64,000 bases of DNA from Mayamaea pseudoterrestris (lineage: Eukaryota): assembly GCA_027923505.1 (NCBI GenBank), contig BROI01000006.1, positions 744,001-808,000 of the forward strand. Direction: 5' to 3'. Both the position numbers and the translations under genes were made by a program. Below the pieces are notes generated by a model. The model saw only the letters and a list, made by a program, of their open reading frames with translations. It ran no database searches and had not been told where the DNA came from. Positions 56,501 through 64,000 of this stretch are shown in pieces; the first letter of the stretch is position 1, and the number at the start of each line of letters is the position of its first letter.

Positions 56501-59500
56501 ATGAGCAACTCTTTACGTTTCGCTGTGACCGGAGTAGGCCGATGCAGTGGGAGGCTGACTATCGGTGAGCTGCAGGGCCGCCGAACGCTTGCGTCATCGA
56601 CTTTTGAACATCCTAAGCTAGGACGTGACGACGAAGGTACTGCCTCCATTAAAGTCAATCAGGAGGACGTTACAGCAAGTCATCGAAACGAAACAAACGC
56701 TTCTCTATTGCAATCAACATCTCCATTATTACCGCCACTAAATGGACTCGAACAGCAAATCCATGTCAGCAGTCGCAAGCATTCCACACGCCAAGGCTCT
56801 TCCTGGAAGAACATGAGCTACCAATGCATACAGCAGCATGACTCGAGTAGCATTCCCGATCACGTCGTCATGGAATGCTTGCAGTTTTGGACGCGTCAAA
56901 GACCCATTCAAAAGACAAGTACCAGCATGACATGGAAACTGCTGGACGTGCTGCTCGCGAAACGGAAACAAAGTGGCGACATAAAATTCTCTCCGCAATA
57001 TTTAGCAATCGTGACTTCTGTACTGGATCATTGGCGTTTAGCTCTTCAAGATGGAGTCGCTGTATCAATGACTGTCAAGGACGCGCTTGGTAAGCTAAAG
57101 GAATGGGAAAAGGTCAATCAACCACCCCTACACGAGTCAACCACAACTGACGAGGATGCAACGATCCAAAAAGCCTACAGCATTTTATTAAAGGCACTCT
57201 CTGTTACGAACGAAGACATTGACTTGGTGGACGAAATATTGCAGTCCATGCCTGCTGATCCGTCGACTGTTACCATGAATGGCGCACTTACCGTTTACGC
57301 CAAGCGCAAAAGTAGTCAAGCGTGCGAACGATCCAAGGATTTGCTGCGATCCATGGTTGCGCCAAACGTTATTTCCTATGCTTGTCTTTTGGAGGCATTG
57401 CACAACAAGGGCAATGCAGTGCAAGAGGCAGAGGAAATCTTGGAAGAAATGAAAGGACGAGGCATTGCTCCCAACAGTATCTGCTACTTGCATTATTTGC
57501 GCATTTTGACGTCATCGAATCAGCTTGCGCGCGCCCTCGAAACACTTGAAAAGCTGGTTACCGACTACAAAACGACATGGAACACTGATGCTGAAAGTAA
57601 TCATTTGCGATCAGCTCAAGTCGTTGTGCCGACGAGGCACTTGTTTTCCGCCATCATGTCAGCCTACGCGCGCAAGGGAGATTTCAACCGCGTCAAACAG
57701 TTGCTGCAGGAACTGCAGTCTCTTTATGCAACGTCACCTCGACAGCAAGACAAGGACTTGCTCATGCCTACGGCAGCAACGATGAATAGCGTGTTGGAGG
57801 CCTACGGCAACAAGCGAACGCTCGATGGCGCACTGGAGGCTGTGGCTATCTTGGAACGATTGGAAGATTGGGGCGCGCAGCAACATGATACGGCTTGCTT
57901 GCCGGACGAAACATCGTTCAACACGGTGCTTGACGCTTGGGCGGAAGTGGCGAGATTTTACCCAGATGCTGTTCGTCAAGCCGAAGCTTTGCTGGATCGA
58001 ATGATGAACCATGCCTGTGCCAAGCCTGATGCGTATTCCTTCACCACGATCATGAAAGCTTGGAGTCGATCTGACCGGTCTGACAGCCCGGAACGCTGTC
58101 AAGCGTATCTCGATGCCTTGTGGGGATTATATGATCAGGAACGCAGATTCAATGTGAAACCAAACGACGTGACATATGCTACCTGCATTTATGCATGGTC
58201 TCGCGTAGCTGGCAAGCGTAACGAAGCGCCTCACAAAGCTGAAGCTTTATTTCGGGACATGAAACAGAGGCATGAAAATGGTGACAGAACTTTGAAACCT
58301 TCGGAGTCTATCTATGTATCGCTCATGACCAATTGGAACCGCAGCATTACTTCGCAAACAAAGCAACTAGCGCTGGCGCGATCCAAATTTTATTTCGACC
58401 AGATGCGAGCTCAGTATCTTGCCGGAGACGAGTCCATGAGGCCAACAGCGAACATATACAATGCTTTACTGGAAGGAATGAAGCAAGCGGGCGATGGAAA
58501 GGGCGCTGATCGCGTCTTTGCCCGCATGATGGACGATTACCACCGATGCGGCAACGTTCGCGCCAGGCCAAACACGTACTCCTTTCAATCGATCATGACG
58601 GCATGGGCCAGATCTAAATCTCCGGATGCGCCTTTAAGAGCTGAAGCATTGCTAACACAAATGGAAGATTTGCACGAACGGCTTGGTTGGGATTGTAAGC
58701 CGACATCTGTGGCATTTGCTTCAGTACTTAATTGTTGGGCCACGTCGGGCCGAGAAGAAGCGCCCCTCCGAGCTACAGCAATCCTGCGGCATATGGAAAA
58801 GATGCATGCCGCTGGCCGAAAGGACATAAAACCAAACACATACGCCTATGCTACAGTATTGGATTCATGGGCGAGATCACGTCTGGAAGATGCCCCCGAG
58901 CGAGCCCAAGCATTGTTCGAGGAGCTTCAGCAACGGTATCGGGATGGAGAGGCATCTTGTCGACCGAGTTCTGCTGCTTATCTAGCGCTACTGTCGACAT
59001 GGGGACGAAGTTCGCGCCGGGACGGAGCATTGAAAGCCTTGGCAATTTTGAATGAAATGGAAGATCGGCACCACACGGACGGCAGCACCGAACGTGCTGA
59101 TTGCATTCATTTTTCAGCTGTGATTAATGCATTTGCTGAACGAGCTGATGAGATGAATGCCAGAGCGCTTTTGACGCGAATTACTAGTTCAGTGCATATT
59201 AGACCACATGCTGCTTGCTACAATGGATTGATCAAGGCCATCACACGATCCGAATGCAGTGACGCAGGCGAGAGAGCTGAGACAGTGCTTCGAGACATGC
59301 AAGCTGGAAAGATTATTCGACCAGATGTCGTAACCTACACAAGCTGTATCACGGCTTGGGGTTACAGCAAAAATAGCGACTCAGTTGACCGGGCCCAGTG
59401 TTTGTTACATGAATGCATAGCACAATCGGGAAGCAAAAGTGCAGCTCCCAATGCTTCGACTTTCTTGGCGTTTTTGCGGGTGCTGTCGAAAAGCGACCTA

Positions 59501-59611
59501 CCAGATAAGGCCAAACGAGCTCGCTGGGCGAGAGAGCAAATGAAAGCTCTTGGGATCCGACCGACTAGCTCAATTTGCCTTGAGTTTGACAAGTGTTTCG
59601 AATCGAGATAA
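56501..59611 (+). CDS. Pentatricopeptide-repeat (PPR) protein, probably organellar (mitochondrial-type leader)
   Basis: Many P[ND]..S[FY]..V[LM].AW.RS....AP..A..[LI]L..M repeats typical of diatom P-type PPR proteins. R-rich N-terminus (GRRTLASS). Confidence 0.9.
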   Translation: MSNSLRFAVTGVGRCSGRLTIGELQGRRTLASSTFEHPKLGRDDEGTASIKVNQEDVTASHRNETNASLLQSTSPLLPPLNGLEQQIHVSSRKHSTRQGSSWKNMSYQCIQQHDSSSIPDHVVMECLQFWTRQRPIQKTSTSMTWKLLDVLLAKRKQSGDIKFSPQYLAIVTSVLDHWRLALQDGVAVSMTVKDALGKLKEWEKVNQPPLHESTTTDEDATIQKAYSILLKALSVTNEDIDLVDEILQSMPADPSTVTMNGALTVYAKRKSSQACERSKDLLRSMVAPNVISYACLLEALHNKGNAVQEAEEILEEMKGRGIAPNSICYLHYLRILTSSNQLARALETLEKLVTDYKTTWNTDAESNHLRSAQVVVPTRHLFSAIMSAYARKGDFNRVKQLLQELQSLYATSPRQQDKDLLMPTAATMNSVLEAYGNKRTLDGALEAVAILERLEDWGAQQHDTACLPDETSFNTVLDAWAEVARFYPDAVRQAEALLDRMMNHACAKPDAYSFTTIMKAWSRSDRSDSPERCQAYLDALWGLYDQERRFNVKPNDVTYATCIYAWSRVAGKRNEAPHKAEALFRDMKQRHENGDRTLKPSESIYVSLMTNWNRSITSQTKQLALARSKFYFDQMRAQYLAGDESMRPTANIYNALLEGMKQAGDGKGADRVFARMMDDYHRCGNVRARPNTYSFQSIMTAWARSKSPDAPLRAEALLTQMEDLHERLGWDCKPTSVAFASVLNCWATSGREEAPLRATAILRHMEKMHAAGRKDIKPNTYAYATVLDSWARSRLEDAPERAQALFEELQQRYRDGEASCRPSSAAYLALLSTWGRSSRRDGALKALAILNEMEDRHHTDGSTERADCIHFSAVINAFAERADEMNARALLTRITSSVHIRPHAACYNGLIKAITRSECSDAGERAETVLRDMQAGKIIRPDVVTYTSCITAWGYSKNSDSVDRAQCLLHECIAQSGSKSAAPNASTFLAFLRVLSKSDLPDKAKRARWAREQMKALGIRPTSSICLEFDKCFESR

Positions 59612-59961
59612 GAGCGCAAAAAAAGCTTAGATCCTCTGGAGGTCTTGGAATTCAGGAACTAAACATAGCTACCTGTAGCTCGTAACTACTAATTGAATTT
59701 CTTGGGGAGCGTGATCAGCCGGCGAGGTGAGTGAATGCATGTGACTGATTCTTGGATTGGTCGTGATTCGCACCGGCTCTGAAACTGAGCGATCGATATT
59801 TGTTCATTTCCGCGTAGTTTTTCTTCATGGCTAACGCTCACGAGTATATTCTTCCCGGTCGCAACGCATCGCAGAATTTTCTTTCGTACCTCCCGCTTAA
59901 CCAAACTCTGGAGCAAAAACGGACGCTGCTTCCTCACAATCGTGTTCAATGTCCACGCTGT

Positions 59962-60583
59962 GATGATGCACCAGCCTCAAACAATCGACGGCTTTATTGC
60001 TAATAGAACAATGAGCTCCTCCTATCAACTCGATCCTTTCGCATCGTCAGTGAATCCTAGTTTAGCAAGCAAAAAGGCAATCCGTAGGAGTTTTCGGTCT
60101 CGCGCCGCTTTCTGGAACCCTTTTCGACAAGTTTGGAAAGAATCGAACACGGAGAGCAGCAGTAGTCATGACTCTCTACAGGGTACACCATCAAACTCTG
60201 TCGTACTGCCGATAACTCAGTCTGCCAAGTTGCTGGAAAGTCAAGGCATGATTCGAGCAATTTCGTCTGAAACGCTCTTGACGACAATGGAGTGCGTGGA
60301 CATGTCGGTCGCCTTTACGGAACTGCGGTCCAATCTTCGGTCAATGCAAGAGGATACATCAGAAGATTCGTTCGTTTCTGAATCAGTGGACGATGAATAC
60401 GAAGATGACTCAGAAGAAGAGATTGTTTCGCTAGTAATGATTGATGTTGATCTCAGTACTTGCAATTTGGATGAGCTGAGCGACGTGAGCGACGTATCCG
60501 CTGAAACTAGCGACGATTACAGCATGGGATCGTGGTTGGAGTCACCTACCGACTTGGTTTCGCGACCTATTGGTGAGATATGA
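59962..60583 (+). CDS. Hypothetical protein with acidic, Ser-rich C-terminus (start uncertain, 59962 or 60011)
   Basis: ~200-codon ORF with biased, protein-like composition followed by an AT-rich 3' region. No recognisable domain. Confidence 0.45.
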
Positions 60584-60803
60584 GACTCTTTTTACTAAGC
60601 CGCTGTGATACCTAAACTTCGCAGAGGCATTTTTCATCATTATAATAAATAGCTATATAACGAACCAACATATGAATTCCTCACCATCCGTTGCTATCAT
60701 TACAATCGACTTTGCGAACTGCCACGAAAACACATCCCAAGAGTAAAGCAAAGAGTAAAGCACGTTAATATCTTGTACTCCCACATACATTACTTAACCG
60801 ATA

Positions 60804-61815
60804 CGAGGTCCAGATAGCGATAAATTCACACGCGATAGCCCGTGTTAATTTGACGACCACCCACCAAAACGACCACTAACACCTTAGAAGCATAGTTACA
60901 ACGTAACAAAGACTTACAAGCTATACTATGATGATTACAATGATAATACAATGCTAGATGATAGTTTTAACTGCTAAAAATGAGCTTTTTGTTCGTCGCG
61001 AGCGACCGTGTAAATGCACCTGCATCCCTTCACTCAAACGAGGATTCCAGTCCATTACACTCCCTAAATGGAGTACAGCTCCCCGCGTAACAGACCCTTG
61101 TAGTCTGCTGTCATAGAGCCATCAATATATAGCATCTGGGCCTCCATTTCGTTGGTAGTTGAACATGTTCCGGCTCGACATGAATGCAGCCGCAAAGCTT
61201 GCTGCTGCCGAATCCTCGACCCACCGTCGAAAAACAACTGAAGCGCCTTGCAATATCAATCTGCCTTCAGCCAAGCTATTACTCCGTCATTACAGTCTGT
61301 TTAATTTACGCGCTGGTGCAAAGCCGACAGCTTCAAGGCGTCGAAGCAGGACGCAGCAAGGGAATGCGTCAACGTCATTCGTTGCAGCGCCGCCTTGGAC
61401 TAGATTAGTCTCGCAAACTCTGGATCCTAGAAAAGCAATGAGACGGTCCTTTGCGCGGATGATTTGTATATTGCTGCATGCCCTTTATTATAACAGCGTC
61501 AACCTCGCAAGGAAGACGCCGACGCAGCCGTTCAAGACTGGCTTGCTTGCTTTCGTCGCTTTATCAAGGCGGGAACTTCCTCGTCTGCGGGATCTGCGCA
61601 TTGGGAATTTATGTCATAGATTTATTTTTGATAGAGACTGCGATTCATGTATAGTAGTGGAGGCATTGTACAAGAATACTACAAGAGCGACGGCAATGAT
61701 GCGCCATGGTCGACGGAAAAATGACGTGCGCGCGTGAAATTTATCGCGTGGTCCACCGCGAGAACGCTAATTAACACGGGCTATCGCGTGTGAATTTATC
61801 GCTATCTGGACCTCG
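60804..61815. mobile_element. Non-autonomous Tc1/mariner-like DNA transposon (MITE-like, ~1.0 kb) with 47-bp perfect TIRs and TA target-site duplication
   Basis: TA|CGAGGTCCAGATAGCGATAAATTCACACGCGATAGCCCGTGTTAATT (60802-60850) is the exact reverse complement of 61769-61817. TA flanks both ends. Removing the element plus one TA restores MAF1 ...GGFSL-SVK-stop. No transposase ORF inside. Confidence 0.88.
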
Positions 61816-62563
61816 TAAGGAGAAGCCACCCGCCTGCGCTGCCGACGGATCCAGATCAAAATTGGCATCCTCTGACTCCAAGTCAGCTGACAACTGACGC
61901 GATCCAGAAACAACTTGAGGTTCATCGTCAACCGCGCCTTCTCCTTCATCATCGTCGTCTTCACTCTGAGGCAAATGCGCCTGCATGCTTTCGCTGCATG
62001 TGAACAAGACAATTCGCTTCAACGCCTTGTTCACGAACAAGTAATGGAAGCTCCACAGCCAGAGTTCTTCGCTTGCCATGTCCGCATTGTTCCACGAGTA
62101 TATTTCACACTCCTTTAGTTGCATATGCTCATCCAGTGCGTTCCAAAGATCCACAATGAGCAGCGCTTGCGAATCCTCCAATCCGCCCTCCCGAGCACCT
62201 CCCGGAATCGCTACACTTGTCGCGCTACAAGTGACATCAGACTCATTCGTGCTGCAAAGTATCGGACTCAACTGCGAGTAAACGGCTTGCATAACATCCT
62301 GCAGAGAGACGGATTGAAAGTCGTTTGGCTGGACATTTGAAAAGTCGTAGTCCGGAAAGCTCATGTTCAATGTCAATATGAGATCCGTCATCAACCGACG
62401 AGTCGACAAATCCCTCAAGTCTCCGAGTGAGGTAATCTGCTGCGGTAGCTCATATTGACGCGTTGCTAGAGGCAAATCAAACGACGAACTCCGTGGGTGC
62501 TTGGCGCGGCTTGTAAGCTTGCCTAAATCTTGACAGATTCCAACGGACTGACTCCGACCTCGT

Positions 62564-62594
<31 letters not shown>

Positions 62595-62856
62595 TGAGTC
62601 GCTGCAAGTCTTCTTCTCCAGCATTATCAAATATTTTACCTACGCTGCTCGCTGCAAGTAACTGCTTCCAGTCACTCTCAAACGTTTCCTGCTGCTCCAC
62701 ATATTGATGCTTCAAGTCCGCCGCGTACTTTTTATCATTGCCCGCTCGCTTCATTGTAAAAGCTTCGATGCGTCCCTGAATATGGCGCTGTCCCGTTCGG
62801 AATTCTTGCAGCCGCGCCGTTAACTCTGTCAAGGCGTCAACTTGGAGGTACTTCAT
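61771..62856 (-). CDS. MAF1: Repressor of RNA polymerase III transcription MAF1 (last 14 codons and stop supplied by the transposon TIR)
   Basis: MKYL...I.GRIEAFTMKRAGNDKK (box A), LGDL....TRRLMTDLILTLN.SFPDYDFS (box B), LW.ALD....LKECEIYS...LWSFHYLFVNK.LKRIVLF (box C) and an acidic tail. PolyQ at ~62566-62593. Confidence 0.95.
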
Positions 62857-63462
62857 GCTGCTCTGCTGCTGCAAAACTCCGAATCTTGTTATTGCCGGCA
62901 AATTAATTCCCTTCTTTGACGACCTGTTTTGACTCGTACTCTATCCGATCAATCATTCCTCTGCAAGTGCGGTATACAGCAACTGATTTAGTATTTGCTA
63001 TCCGCGTGTAAAGGTTTGTAAATGGATACAGCCTCGTTGCCCTTCTCCAAGACGGAATCGCGTCATGGCAGATTCGGGACGATCACGGAAGATGCAGTCG
63101 TGTTGCGACATTAAAACGCGGCATCTCTAAGTACTTCTCGCTTCCACAGTGCCAATGGTATCTTACATATATGCCTCGAAAACACTATAAAGATGAAGAG
63201 TACTCGCGGTTTCGCGGGCGCATCGGCGACGCTGCGTTTCGCCAACAAGCGACTTTGTAGCATTTTGAAACCACCTTGACGGATAATTTCTTCTGTGAAG
63301 CGGATCCAGACGCACTATATCAAGCAGCAACACGCAATTGACTTCGACTCTCGACTATCTTCCCTTGCAGAGTCCTAGTGAACCAGCTCGCTGCTACAGT
63401 ATCAACCCAACGTCACCGCACCTCCTGAGAACGAACAGCGACCCACCACATAAAGCTCAACC

Positions 63463-64000
63463 ATGCCGACCTTTGGAGACTTGACAGTCATCCCCTCGAC
63501 ACTTGAGGTCGACTACGACAAGAATCTTACTGAGCTTTACCAAGCCATTACCGATCAAAAGTGGGACCGCGCCGCCCAGATTGCTAAGAAGTATCCTGTC
63601 CAAGCGGCCACATGGGTGGTACGCCACTACGAGGATGACGACGAAATCATGTGGCGTTTCCTTCCCATTCACAGCGCCTGCGCTCGCCAACCACCAGCTT
63701 ACGTGATTCAAGCTCTACTCAAGGCCTATCCTGACGGAGCCAAGTGTGTCGACGACCAAGGCATGTATCCGCTACACTACGCCTGCGGCAACCAAGCCTC
63801 GCGCGACGTGATTCGCATGTTGCTCGTCAACTTTCCCGAGGCTGCCAAGCTGCCGGATCCCCGTGGGATGTTGCCGATTCACTACTTGGCATGCTGGGGA
63901 CCGTCCAGTGTCAGTGTCGTTGATATGCTGCTCGTGGCCCATCGCGACGTTGCCTCGTGTCGCGATGAGGAGGGAAACACGCCACTGGATTTGGCGAGGG
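63463..64000 (+). CDS. Ankyrin-repeat protein (diatom-type), runs off the window end
   Basis: Own translation: MPTFGDL...DYDKNLTELYQAI..QKW......YP.QA.TWV.R......WRFLPIHSACARQPP..VI.ALL.AYP.GA...DDQGMYPLHYAC...GMLPIHYLA...DEEGNTPLDLA. No stop before 64000. Confidence 0.88.
   Translation, partial: MPTFGDLTVIPSTLEVDYDKNLTELYQAITDQKWDRAAQIAKKYPVQAATWVVRHYEDDDEIMWRFLPIHSACARQPPAYVIQALLKAYPDGAKCVDDQGMYPLHYACGNQASRDVIRMLLVNFPEAAKLPDPRGMLPIHYLACWGPSSVSVVDMLLVAHRDVASCRDEEGNTPLDLAR

Noticed and set aside
61159..61737. 192-aa ORF as a transposase
   Set aside because: TTG start, and no DDE/D triad, WVPHEL/YSPDL-like motifs or HTH visible.

Overview
Gene-dense eukaryotic nuclear DNA, almost certainly from a (pennate) diatom. 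The basis is short GT-AG introns, a DUF6824-type gene, ASAFAP-like bipartite plastid leaders, a mitochondrion-type PGK and diatom-style PPR, ankyrin and LRR proteins. It carries about 15 protein genes (DUF6824 protein, DHHC palmitoyltransferase, PP2C, histone H1, PGK, DUF2834-like plastid membrane protein, RPS27, plastid trigger factor, phosducin-like protein, BEACH/WD40 protein, a giant repeat protein, PPR protein, a hypothetical protein, MAF1 and a partial ankyrin protein) and one tRNA-Ala(UGC). The dominant feature is an uninterrupted 28.7-kb ORF (9,569 aa, about 1 MDa). It has roughly 150 copies of an unrecognised ~46-aa 'WLRNN-P...ALANLAG-P-P' repeat in higher-order duplications, followed by a Pro-rich motif linker, one transmembrane helix and a diatom-type LRR ectodomain. 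Its repeat core is strongly CpG-depleted, and CpG transitions distinguish the duplicated copies. A second highlight is a ~1-kb Tc1/mariner-like non-autonomous element (47-bp perfect TIRs, TA duplication) inserted three codons before the ancestral MAF1 stop, replacing the C-terminus. All calls come from reading the sequence by eye; no searches were run.
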